Below are positions 14,503 to 27,640 of a DNA stretch of 64,000 bases, piece by piece. Position 1 is the first letter of the stretch. Each line of letters begins with the position of its first letter. The stretch is from Phoronis australis (taxonomy: Eukaryota > Animalia > Phoronida), in NCBI GenBank assembly GCA_002633005.1, contig NMRA01000119.1, positions 708,228-772,227 on the forward strand, in the 5' to 3' direction. A program made the position numbers and the translations under genes. The notes below the pieces were generated by a model, which did not search any database, was not told the origin of the DNA, and worked only from the letters and a program-made list of their open reading frames with translations.

Positions 14503-14938
14503 GTGGCGTTTACACTACAAAAGTTGACACGGATCAGCTGACACGGAACAAGTTGTTCCAGCGCAAGTATGTGTGTAAACGGGACTGAACTGGAGCAAAA
14601 CTGACACCGCGGTGACAACTTTTGTCACCCGTTTGTGAGGTAGAGCAATTTGCGCTAGAACATCTTGCTCCGTGTCAATTATGTGTCTAAACGCGAAACT
14701 GGGGCAAGGCGGAAAGGATCACCTCTTACTGCGCTTGTGTAATGACCTAAATACAGGTTCTCTGTCTCTTCAACTCCCGTCATTTGTAAACCCGCGCATG
14801 TGTGATCCACTCTCCAGCCTACAATTTCCGTCTTGCCACAGACAGTGAGTTATGTGTGTAAACGGACGGACGCTTGACACCAATCAATTTGCTCCGTTTC
14901 AGTTGTGCTGGGCCAAAAGTTGATGTCTAAACGGGATT
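14503..14938. mobile_element. Harbinger-like MITE
   Basis: TIR gtggcgtttacact...tgtctaaacgggat; internal reiterations gtgt(g/c)taaacg at about 14571, 14683 and 14855. Confidence 0.65.
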
Positions 14939-16166
14939 ATAAACTGGCAATGTGATGACATTTGTCACTCTTACTTGAGGCAAAGCAAGCAGTGCCAATC
15001 ACTGCATTTCGTGCCAACTTCCGCTAAACAGTCCTTCAGGAACTGCAGTTGAACTGCCATACCTATTTAACAGTGTGCAAGTGCAGAGACACCTACGCCT
15101 GAGAGTTTTTAAGTGGCCAATGTTAACAGCTGCTGGCAGTAATCATTAGTTTCCACAGTTAAAACGCCCCAATTTTGGAAAGAACGACAACCCAAAGTCA
15201 CCTTTCCCATTTTCCAAAGGCTTCTAACATTACTGCAAAAGTCCACAATTTCCTGAAATGTCGCCTGCTAGCTATAGTAGAGCATAAACATCATAAAGCA
15301 TTTCCGAAAAAGAATTTCATTTGCCCACCATATTGTATCTTTTATTGCCAAAATTTCACTTACGAGGTTAACACCTTAACATCGCAAGAGGCATGAAACC
15401 CCACCTCATATATTTCTTTCCTACTATAGATTCCTTATGGATGATTCCAGCTCCAATGACCCAGTTCCAGCACAACACCAACAGAAATACCTTAAATGAT
15501 ACCAGTACACATGGTCAGCTGGTGAGCAACCACCTAACAAAGACAAAGTTCCCACACCTAGACACACAACTTGATACCTTATCTCATTAAGTTCACAAAA
15601 CAGGAACCAACATGCGGTTCCGAAACTGCGACTTGTGAATAACGAAATGACCATCTCTACCGAGAGTCGTGAACATTCTTGCTAAGTTTTTGATTGAGAA
15701 GCAATACCATTGTTTCTATTGATGTTTTGCCATTAACAGCTCAAATGATAAACTACAAAGTAAACCATAAGCAGATCAAAGGAAAAATCAACCAAGAAAT
15801 ATTTTTCATAAGGTGCATTCAAAGTTTTGTTTTCCAACTGCCCGCTTGGCGCTTTCCAGTCAGTGAGTACAAACCCAGACCAAATTAAAAACTGACCACT
15901 TGCCTCCCAACAGCTGTATCCCTAAGTTCATGTAATTAATGGTCAGTCTTAGGGTCACACACATGGTAGAACTCTTAGGAACAAGTTCCCATGGTAACCC
16001 GAAGGCTCCCATGTGCAAAAAATTCTACAGGAATCTGGCATGGGCTAGTTAAGCTTTGGGAATCAATATGCCTTCTCATGACTCTACACATCAGTTAATG
16101 GGTTTAAGTATTTGTGTGCATTGCACAGTTTCTGATATTTTCAAAATCCAAATTTTAACAACCATA

Positions 16167-16395
16167 AAGCTAACAGATTGTCTCTAAAAAGTTTGATGCA
16201 GACTTTAACAATAATGAAATGAGACCAAAGTATTTCACGTAGGTAATAAGTAAATTTTGCATTATACGGTTTCTCATTTTTTCAGTCAAAACGCAAATAC
16301 ACTATTAGCCACAAAGCTAAAAGACTGCCTCTAAAAAGTTTGATACAGATTTTCTTAACAATAATGAAACAAGACCAAAGTATTTCACATGGAAT
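16167..16395. repeat. Local direct duplication of about 80 bp
   Basis: aaagctaa..ga.tg.ctctaaaaagtttgat.caga...aacaataatgaaa..agaccaaagtatttcac at about 16167 and 16313. Confidence 0.75.
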
Positions 16396-19190
16396 ATATG
16401 TAACATTTAAACCATGTGTTAAAACCCAGCATAGGTAGTCACCAATGCTCAGTGACCTCATATTCAAGGCTATAACCACCTGTTAACAACCACTAAAGTG
16501 TACAAATATTTCTACAAACAAAATGCAACGTGAATGACGCGAATTATCTATGATTGAAGTGAATTACTCCTTCCGTAAAAAGGTCTTGCAAGGCAGACAC
16601 TGCACAGGATAAATAAGAAGCTGCATAGTGGATGACACCTAACAGTGCGTGCTACACGGTCAGGGTTTAGAGGCCTTAAAACCAGCACCAAACCCCCTTT
16701 GGAAATAGGAAACAAATGTCATATGCATTTCAAGAGTATCGTATTAGCTGAAATTAAATCCGCATGCAAATAAAAACTGAAATATGTTGTACACTGTGTT
16801 GACTTCATCAAACTATCAACAAATCTCCAACCTGTGTTGTGAGGATTTGTGCAAAACCTTCAGATAGAAACAATTATCATTTTCACTGAAACAGATAAAC
16901 AACTAAATACCCTTTTAAATGGGTCCTGCAGAATTTGTCCTGGGCTGTCCATTAATTCATTCATTGTCAATGCTGTCCTACATTTAGAGGCAGGCAACAA
17001 GCAAATACACTCTTATCACTATCCACACAAGCTGGCAAGCATATCAACCTACTGTCTGGCTTAGCTGGTGAAGCATAATATCCCTGGGTAGATACATGAC
17101 AGTAGTCATTTTGGTGGTACGGCATTGCCTGACCAGATCCTGTAGCCCAATAAGCCATGTCCACTCTATAGGAGCACCAACCTAAATCTGCCGACCTTTG
17201 GTGTTAGACAGCTTAGACAAATATGTTTGCCTGTCTGACGGAGATATACAATCTATCAAGGCAGGGGCAGTGTCCTTAGAGAACCCCTTGCCACCTTGCT
17301 CGGCTGACTATCTGCCGGCTATGAAGCAAGCCAGGGTCACGGATGGGGCAAAAGGTCGAGACCTGGGTGAAAGTCCTATTGGTAGCAGTGTTCAACTTGC
17401 TGGTGATTGCTGGGTAATGTCTTGTGACGAAATAACAAATGTGAATTCAAACACATCACGTGATCATGAGAAGTAGGTAACCTTCATAAACTAACAATAA
17501 ATGTTTATCAAGAGATTTTCAGAAGAAAAAGTGCACGCAGAAGGTAGGATGGGCTGCAATGTGACAAGTTATCTCGGGTAAACAATCTGTTGAGAGTGTG
17601 TGCCTAAATGTAATATATGATTAGTCATCTAAGAAACATGGCAATTGAGAATGAAATTTACAAAACAGCAGCAAACAACAGGGGGGAAATAACACTGTCA
17701 ACAAATAAAACGAGATACACTTTATGCATAAATATCTTGTCAACTGGACAAAATAAGCAACCTGTAACATGTGAGCAAATGAATAAAAAACAATTCACGG
17801 GCAAGTATGAGACTTAGAATTCGTCAAGTAACATGAAATGAAAATTAAGTGATGTCACTACCTATTTTGCTCGTACTAAAAGAGAACACGTGATTGAGAT
17901 GAAGATTGGAGGCTAACAACGGACAGGATGTTGTACTCTTACTACACCCGTATTCTATGCAGAAATTTTTAATTTTTATGTTCATTTTATGACAGATGCA
18001 TAGACACAAGGCACGGCTCGACATAAACAACTACAAAGTCGAAAATACCAAAGGAAAAATTCAAAATACAAGTAGAAAATTGGGCCCACTTGTAGATACG
18101 TCCTCCGTTTTTTTTTTTTGTCGTCAGTTTTTACGAGTGCAAATTTGGAAATACTGGTGCAGAATACGCCGTCACTCATATTTTCATATTTTCGAATGGG
18201 CATTTTTGCCTGTCTCGCGCACTGTAAAGGGGCGTTGCTATGTATTCATTTATAGCAGTAATACAAAAGTGGCCCAACAAAAGGTCTGTATATCAAAACC
18301 CCTTTTGGATCTCCCCTAAATCCCGGCCTGGAACAAGTTCAGTTTGTAATCAACATAGCAAGATTTCACGCAGCTTGACAGGATTTCGACGAACCTTCGA
18401 ACATTTTTGTGAGGACACACTATGGTGAGCAAGTGATATTCCATTTTCTCACTTTTTCATAAAAGTTATGTAACATCAAATCAATGCGTAATAGGGTTCA
18501 AGTTTTGAACCAAAGCAATCATTACAAATGCAACGGAAAATGAAGGGCATTCACGACAATGTTAAGTGGAACTTGTAAAACGAAAAAAAAAATTTAGGTA
18601 GATATTTATCTCTGACATTTTACCACAACCCTCTTGTGCTCAAATTGGTGAGTTGACAAACACAAGGTAGCTCTACACATTTGTTTGACACAGCTGTACT
18701 TAATATGCATCAATGTAAAGTGAAGCAAGAAACAGACCACAGTAAAAGCAACAGGAAAACTCATTTCCAGTGAAACTGAGGTAATCAACAAGTGTTATTG
18801 GGATGGATGGGACGTACGTACATCCAGAATAACTATTCCTGAAAAATAATTGAAATTAACCTTAGAAAAGAATAAAGTATCAAAGAATATACCCACAAAT
18901 GTTTCTTACCGAGACAATTTGTACAAGTTATTTCTAGGCAGTGACGTGCTAATATTTATGTGAATAAACTTTTCTTTGACAATTTTGAAGCTGCACATAA
19001 GGCCAAATTTCTGTCTTACCGTAAGTTTTAAGTCACTTTTCATGATACACACCTTTGGTCTTACGCTTCCACGTCCCATTTGGTGAGGAAAGTTTAGCCA
19101 AGTGCGTTAATTGGGTCCTACAGCCAATCAATTATACGAGCAACACCGTCCAGATACAATTGGTAGAAACTAGCTCAGTATCCAGAGCAG

Positions 19191-19491
19191 TTAAGTGAAT
19201 GAAAATACTAAGTTAAGATCCTTTTGGAGCCAAAGAACTGTACCTTTTTTTAAGTGTACAGCCGTTTCGTCTATATCTCACGGACTTGATTCACCACTGG
19301 GTGCGCCCTCTGTCGTAGACATTAGGGAATCCCCAGTACTGTTTTTATCATTTTAGTCTACAACAGAGGGCGCACCCGGTGGTGAATCATGTCCGTGAGA
19401 TATGGACGAAATGGCTGTACTTAACACATCAAGGTATGACGCTTCTTTGGTTCCAAAAGGAATCTTAACTTAGAATATTTTCATCACATAA
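19191..19491. mobile_element. Long palindromic MITE-like element
   Basis: Arms of about 130 bp (19191-19320 and 19356-19491) are reverse complements; a fragment of the right arm and its flank recurs at about 35467-35532. Confidence 0.85.
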
Positions 19492-22400
19492 ATGGAACCC
19501 AGTAATATATACAGTCTTAGTTGTGTGTATAGTCACAGGCTTTGCATTTTTGCTTAAGTGAGGTTTAATCATTTTTCAAAATTAGTTGTGTGGAGTGCAA
19601 GATCAAATTTCTGTCTTAAATCTTAAGTCCCTTTTCACGAAACAGACCCCTGTTCTCAATATGCACACATCTCCAGTTTCAAGTGATTTTTTGGGCTTGT
19701 TAAGAAACAACACCTTGTTATTGCCTTGCTGAACAAATTGGCTTGTCACAGTGGGTCATTTTATACAAGCATGTCTCAGAGCAAGAAGGAACTGACAGTG
19801 CAATAAACCACAACTTACAAAAAACCACCATTTATCCATAAGTACAAGCGACAATAACAACAAAAGCACATGACTGACTCACCGTCAACTCTTAACCTTT
19901 TCATCACAAAAATTATCCAGAGTAAGGTTTTTATTGACAAGACACTCTCAACTTTTATTGATGTGCTATCTGGCAAAGCTGGATCAAGACCAACAGTATC
20001 AGACAAGCTTAATGTTCAATGCTAAACTCTAAATAAACAGTGAGGTAGAGGCAATATCCATATAACAATGGCTGGTATTTATGGCATGGAGTATGAAAAT
20101 AGTATAAAGCTGGACTATACATTGTGTAGACAGCCCAATGCATGAACTTTGACGCAGTGAACAACGGGTCATGGAATAGAGCGACACCTGGGTTATGCTT
20201 CAGACTCAAAAATCAGAAAACCAGAAAGCGAGACCAAGCAAAATCACGCGAGTGCAAGCCAAGGGTTTCAAGAGTATGCTCAGAACCTGACTAACATTCT
20301 CTAGCCAAACATTAGCCACTAAACTGATTGGTCGGTAAGGTTGAGATTTTGAATTGTGAGATGGAATTCATGATTTATGAGAAAGAATTCATCAATTCTA
20401 CTCCATAAGCGACGATTTCTCGCTGCAAGTGCGTGGCTATCTTAGGGGGTCTGTGGAATGAAGCCCTAGGTTGCGCTGTGGATAGAAAGTTTCTCACAAG
20501 TTCGGCGAAGTGAAGCATTTAACTGCACGAATGAAAGGCACGTGTTTCGTGACTAAGCTCAAATGAGTAACGAGTTTGAATTCCACCGGAACAATATGGC
20601 TTACTTGCACCAACTTATGAAAAAATGCAACTTTTGGGAGATTGGTTATACCTTTAAAAGTAAATCAGGACATTATGTATTTTAGGCACCTGTTCAAAGC
20701 ATTTATTCCAAGACTTAAAAGACAAAACTTCCCGTAGTAGACAGACAAACATTTTTGCAAATAGCACAGCTATTAAAAGTAAGCATTAAAACATGACAAT
20801 ACATGAATCTTAACAGTCTAAAAGTTTCATAAAGATAAAACTTCCCCATAGTCATGACGGCTGGGCAGTGGGCAGAAGCCATACTCATCCTCAGAGTAAC
20901 AGATACTAGGTTCATATGTGTGGCAAAAATGCCAGTATTTTCCCTGGTGAAAACGCTATAAAACAGCTAATGTTTTAGCCGGACAAACAAGCTGTCCACG
21001 AAGGGGTCCTTTGTGGTTCACAGTTGGCTTGTTTCCTCACCACCCCAATCTGCTTTTAAGCCAAATATAATGTTATAACAACTTCACCCTTTGATGTAAA
21101 TTGATCAATGTGGCTATAAATGAAGGTATCTTAATGATATGCATGTGTGGCCTTTGATTAAGCAGTCTTGCCACAAAAGTGCCGAAAACACAGCAGCAGT
21201 AAAGCTCTACCGAAAGTGAACAAACGTCAAAAGACTGGCGTTTTTGAGCTGTGAGCAATTCATCCAGATCTTAAGAGGTATAAGTAGTAGTAATTTTCAC
21301 AATACCGGTAATCAGAATTAGCCGTCAGGCCAAGGGAACACTATTTGTCTGATTTACATAACCTTTCCCCATGACAGTCCAGCAGTGTGTTGTGCTGTTG
21401 TCACTAGAACATCAACAGAGGGCAGTGTCTCATTTTGGACACTAAAACTGGTGGCACCAGCAAGTATTCAAATCACAAAGACACGACAACTAACACTAGC
21501 TATGGTAATTCTTTACAAAAATAACTGCCAAATTTGTCAAACTTCTATCCTTCACAAGCTGACTGCTTTGCTGAAAATAACAGAAATCTTGTCAACTGCC
21601 AACTCATAGACAAAATTTTTTCGGCATAATTTTTAGGTTTGCTGAGATTTGACAAAACGAATTTTCACTTGTCCGCAGCACTGTGTGCTAAACAGGTGAA
21701 GAATTACTGCACAGATTACAAAATATTAAAAGGCAAGAAAAGAATTCACAATGACTAAATCCATCCTCATGGCAGAGAATGAAAAGGATGTGGCATGAGA
21801 AGACAATGGTTGTTGTCAGTTCACTAAGTTTAGTTAATGCTTTCTGCTGCAAAAAGAGAAATGGACAGAACACGAAAACATGGAAGTTGTGTTCGATTCA
21901 AAAATCAAAATGCTTGAACTTACGCATCACGGTGTTTTGGCCACGTCTTGAGATTTTAATAGGGTCATTCAACTTCCTTCTTTGCTTACGAACAAATTTG
22001 GCAAACAGCACCATGTCTCGCAGTTGATATCTCCAAAATAGGCGGGGGAATCTAACACTGGACTCAGCACACAATCCACAGGTTGAATAACCGATGATAG
22101 AATTGCGGAATTCCACCCAATCAAACGCACAATGAGTCAATCCTGTATTTATAGAGCTGATTCACTCCTTATACAAGCCCCACAGATAAGTTATATGGCA
22201 TGTGCTGTTGGTTCTCTTAAGTTTACACAACAGTGTATTGATTGATACACTGAGGCTCTCACAGAAATTCTGCCAAAATAACCCACAGGAAAGAAATTAC
22301 GAGACACAATACGTGCAATAAATGAATAGTAAAATGCTTTTCAACTTGATTTTTAATGAGAATTGATGTGTCAAATCAGCTCATTGATTATACACAATAA

Positions 22401-24017
22401 ATGAACAGAGGTGTGATAACCTAGCTTACAGAGTGAATGACCTCACATTGATCCAAGAATTGCCCCCTGGGTCAACCTCTGGTAACACCTTCAAGGATTA
22501 TAGTACAACTCCCACAAGAATCTCCAGATGACCATGAAACTGATTAAAAACTGTGGGCTATGTAATTACCAGTATAACTGTGGTAAAAGCAAACAATTAA
22601 CTCCTTTCAGTCCATGAGGTGATGCTGTATAAATCTAAGAGAATGGAACCTTTTAGGCCTTTCGGTCATCTCTAACTTAATTTGTACAGAATTTTGAACC
22701 TTCTCCATAAATTGAAAAAACAACAATCACGATTCTTAAACCTCGGAAGTACGGTATACCGTTGCATTAGCCAGTCGCAAACACTGTATCTGATCCACTG
22801 TTTCACTTCCTGTTTCTGGATCAAGTCAAATGCTAGTGTTGTTTACCAGGGCTGAGAAAGCAGTGGGCATCTTGTCAACCAAAGGAACAGTTATCAGAAC
22901 ATAGAAACCAGAGAACAGGGACAACTAAAACCCTGTGATGTTTACAGAACTGGCTCACAGAGCCAAACTTCCAGTTTGAGGCTTTTCTTTTTTAATGGAT
23001 TAAATTACCTTTCAGAAAAAGAAAAATGTGCCAAATTGACCAATAAAGGTCTTTTGAAAAAGGTAACATTCCCCTTGAGAATATGAACTCAAAAGCACAC
23101 CATCCACTATAGCAGGGTGCAGTTACAAGGAAGAGTACACAATATGACGTTGACAAGATTAATTTGCATAGTGGAGTATAATGCTTAAGGCTTATATTTG
23201 TCATAGTGTCACTGCCACTTAATACAACTGTTAACTCAATCAATATAATAATCACCCACAACCAAGGAAGATGTGGTTTCTTATCATCACTTAACGAAGT
23301 AAGGCTCAAACAAAACATAGGGGTGTACTGGTCTGAAATTTCAGCAAATATTTTGCAATTTCCAAGCAGAAGTTGAGGCTGCACACCTGTGTAACACAGC
23401 TGTGTGATGTGAAATAAGTTTCCCAGGGAAATAAGTTTCGTGACCACTTTTGCACATGCACCACTTTTCTCGTCACCAGAAAATATAGCAAAATTGTCAT
23501 TTGAGACAGTATTTGCCCGTATTATTAAAATGCAGTGATTTGGTTTGGTATCAATTAGTAATAAGTTAAAGAATTAGTTAAAACCTAACACGTGTCAAGC
23601 TCTTGACTTACTGGCTCCAACTTTTGATTATTCCGATAAATACATTGCTCAAGAAACTACGAAATGCAGCAAAAATACCACACCAAAATTAACAGTTAGG
23701 TCTAAAATTACAAAAGTTAATCATTCATGAACACGACACGTGTACTTAAAGCAGTACTGCTGCAACTTCTAACAACTGGGAAACTTACTTCTCAGGAAAA
23801 ATTATTCCCTGTGACACTGGTACTCAATTATCGGTAAGATCCAAAATCGATACTGTCTTATTGATAACGTATATTAATTGAAACTAGCAAAAATAAGGAC
23901 ATGGAAATAAAAATAACAGAGAAGTTCAGCCTTTAGTTTTATTGTAATTGGATAATCCCTTTAACTGCTTTTAAACTGCACCTAACTAGGCAAGCTCATA
24001 TTTTAAGACAAGACCTG

Positions 24018-24170
24018 CCTCCCGTTCAGTAACGCTAGGACCTCGCTAAAAAGCAAGACTTCGCGAGATTACGTGAGATATTGCCGTGTATTTTAAATGA
24101 GAACACGTGACTTTGACTAGGTTTTAGCTAGGTCCTAGCGTAGGTCCTAGTGTCTACTGAATGCACGCCT
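24018..24170. mobile_element. Short MITE
   Basis: ttcagtaacgctaggacct...aggtcctagtgtctactgaa inverted ends. Confidence 0.65.
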
Positions 24171-24696
24171 GGTTTCTGTGGGACATCTCCCTGGTGTACG
24201 CACACACCAATATTTTCAAAATGCGCTAAATACCTGTTAAGAAGACAAAGGTTTTTGAAGGTTCTTGAACAGACCACGTGCGGCCGAATTTGCCAACTCA
24301 AAGTAAAAAAACTGCTACTCCTGCCATGTGTACGTTCCTCGCAGTTTCTGAACTACTATCAAGTTTCTTAACTACTATTGACACACACTTCCAGAAAAAA
24401 AACCCAGATTTTCAAATTTCAATTAACAATTACAGTTGCAAGCTTATGGGAACACAAAGAGATAACTAATATGACAAGGACCTTCGCAAGTGATAAGCCA
24501 TGCTGCCACATGGAAGAAACTGTTGGCCTTTGTCTTTTGACTTTGAAAAATAGTGCAGGTGGTCTAATACACATTGCATCAGATGTGCTCAAGCCACTCA
24601 GTCAGGGCCATTGTACCAAACACCTGAAACTATTTCTTGTCTGTATTAAACACATATACCACATATAGACATATGTATGCAAATTAAGACTAAGAC

Positions 24697-24802
24697 CGAG
24701 CTGAGCAGCTAGAGACCTGACTCAAGGGTTTAGTAGTGGGGTCCAGCAGGATTAGAACCCACAACCTAGAGAACAGGAGGCGAACCCTCAACCCAATGGC
24801 CA
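24697..24802 (-). mobile_element. tRNA-derived SINE head
   Basis: Minus strand TGGCCATTGGG (A-box-like), GGTTCTAATCC (B-box-like), then CCCTTGAGTCAGGTCTCTAGCTGCTCAGCTC shared with the copies at 54.5 kb and 63.3 kb. Confidence 0.7.
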
Positions 24803-26613
24803 AAAGTTTTTTTTTTTGTCACTTGCATTTCTCCAAACATTTTGCCATCTGTCTAGTTTTTGGCTTACAGTTGTAGACAGATGTTCTGACTTTCAGGCTT
24901 TCAGCTTTAGACTAGTTTTCATGAAACAAGCTAAGCTACCCTATCTGTAAAGAAACAAACCCCAGAACAGTTACCCTGTACTAGAAATCACGCACGACCA
25001 TACAAAGTCAGCGATTCATTCTATAATGCAACATTCTGGCATTGGATACTTGTGCCAAAAGTTTTTGGCTTAAGCAAAAGAGTGCATCGGATTTGCATAG
25101 GGTGCATTGTCAGGCCCATTGGACGAAACACTTTAGCTAAAACCCACAAGAACCCCCTTATCGATCAACAGGTTTTCTGTGAAAGTATTTTTCAAGTCTG
25201 CCTGACTTTTTTAATAAAATGGACAGACTTTCCATCTGTTGTCATGCACCAATGTTGTAGCCATATCACGGAGCTATTCAGGAGCTTGCTACTTAGCCTG
25301 TAAAGAGCTGGGAAAGACATCACCAGGTGTTTCGACCTCACTACCACACTCAGGACACACTGGGCAGCTACCCATATGCCCAGTAATATGCCTGTGTCCT
25401 GCAGGGGAAATAGAGGATTTATTCACATAGGTTAACATTCCAGCTTGGCTGTCCTATCACTTCAGTGGTGGCCATTTTGTTAGTCTGTGTGCTATGTACA
25501 TTATGCGCAAATTCACGAACACTCGCATCTCATAACTTAGCATGGTCTTATGTGATTTTGCCAGTGCAGACTGTCCCATGCTTCTCAGGACAGGAATTGT
25601 GGTCTGATGTGTATTCACTGCAATATGTATTCTGTGGTCAGGTGTTATGTAACAGGTAGACAGCTGATTGTGCTCTGGCAAGAAGGGAAATTATCAGTAC
25701 CAAAAACTTATTTTGTACAAGACAGATATATTACCCAGGGTGTTTGTTTCAGCGCAGGCAATTTTGACATCATTTTGGCCATGGCTGTAGTTAGAAATAA
25801 CTAACTTTTAATGAGGAAGTAGCCCAGTCTGGTTGGTGCAACTGCCAATAGAAACAACATTATCTTGACTGGATCAATACAGACAGAATTAGAAACTGTA
25901 GTCACAAGAGTTGAGAGGCTTTAGAAAACAATTATGATCTCATTTAGAAGTGAATGAATAAAAATGCTGAGTTTAAAGAGATTCCCAGCATTATTATTCG
26001 TAGGACTGTAACCACGGACCTCAATGAATGTCTCTGTGTGATATAAAACAATGACCTGATTGCGAAATACAAAATTTTAGCAAATATCAGTTCAGGCATT
26101 TTCAACTGTCATATACATGATAACATTTCTGACATTGCTGCTTAATTTCTGAATCAGCTGAAGTGTAAAATAACTCGTGGCATAGAAGACATCTTTAGAG
26201 GAAGAAAAGTCAACCGTGAACAGAGCACTGTTGCAAAAATGAGCGGTTTCTCAGTAACTAGTTAGTAATTTCAGCCAACAAAATTCAGTGAGAAATTAGG
26301 CTAATATGCATTAATTTCCAATGGTATACATAGTACAACCATCATAACCACATCAGCTGCCAGACAAGTAATGGGTTGGCAGAGGGCCAAAAATAGGCCA
26401 AACCAAGGTTAGGGGAAACCACCCCAGATCTCTGAAGTAACAACATGTAACATGACTTGTTAACCGTCTTGGAAAGGGAAGTTAACTAAGGATGTTCAGT
26501 AAAATACATTTTTACAGCAGGGGTATAAACCTTGAGCACGATGCTACATAGCTGTGAGGGTTTGCCCGGGCAACCTTAGAACACAACTAGTACCAGACTG
26601 AGACAACCTTAAA

Positions 26614-27120
26614 AGGCCCTTTCATATTGACTTAACTCTGGTCTGAGCGGAGCGTCGACGTAAACAGCGCAGTTAACTGGACTGTTCATACTGGCTTCGG
26701 TAGTTAATGACCATCGAAGTTAAGGGTTGGTGACGCTGACGTCATCGAAGTTATCGCAAGGTAGCGCTGCAAGCTAAGATTTTTTTCAAAGTGACAATTT
26801 GGGAACATTTAAATGTGCTAAATGACATTAAACTCATTTTTTAAATCGATTGGTTATCATTAGAGCAAAAATTAAGTAGTTATTAGTGACCGCACTACTC
26901 TGTAACTGTTGACGATAACAGTGGCACCTGGCGATAACTTGGATTGGACCGGAGTTAAGCGTTCATACTGCACCGCAGCGTCGACACTGCGGTCTTAAAT
27001 CCACCTGTTAACTGCGATGTAAACTGGAGCTGTTAACTGCGATCCAGGACCGGAGTTAAGTGTTCATACTGACCGCAACTCCCCAAACCATCGACGCGTC
27101 GACGTTAGTATGAAAGGCCC
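26614..27120 (-). mobile_element. PIF/Harbinger-like MITE, copy 2 (inverted)
   Basis: aggccctttcatattg...gttagtatgaaaggccc; reverse complement of 7626-8089 with a short internal duplication near 27005-27040. Confidence 0.8.
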
Positions 27121-27478
27121 TAAAGTGGAATTCGCAGGCTAATTCCTTACCTCTGTGACTGCTCGACCAAAATAGTTAGAAACAGAACACATAGCGACGA
27201 TGGGAATAAGAAGTACCTTGAAAGTTGCCAGAAGTTTTTATGAACAAGTTTTGTGGCGAAAATTGTGATGTGATGCTGGGGAATAACACTGCATGATGCA
27301 GGTTATGTGAGCCCGCAAGGTACGTCATTAGTGCAGAGGTCATCTACTTGCAGAATTTTCTGTTTTCGCATTTACAAATTTTCAATGAATACAACTGCAC
27401 TTATTACTATAGATTATGTTAAGCACTGTCGTTTAGTTCCAGCAATATGTTTGCATACGGTAGTATCCAAATACATCT

Positions 27479-27640
27479 CACAACCAATACCAGTTTCCAA
27501 CAACCTTACAAGTGCTCATAGCATGAGTTGGCAACAACTTTAAGAGTGCTCACAACCAATACCAGTTTTGAGACAACCTTCAGAATGCCCACAACCAATA
27601 CTAGTTTGAGACAACCTCAACAGCACAACCGATACCAGAT
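27479..27640. repeat. Imperfect tandem repeat, about 4 units
   Basis: cacaaccaataccagttt..gacaacct units. Confidence 0.75.

Noticed and set aside
18465-25653. Two D-box matches GTTATGTAAC (18465, 25644) in a clock-gene intron
   Set aside because: About the number expected by chance in tens of kb of AT-rich DNA; not clustered.
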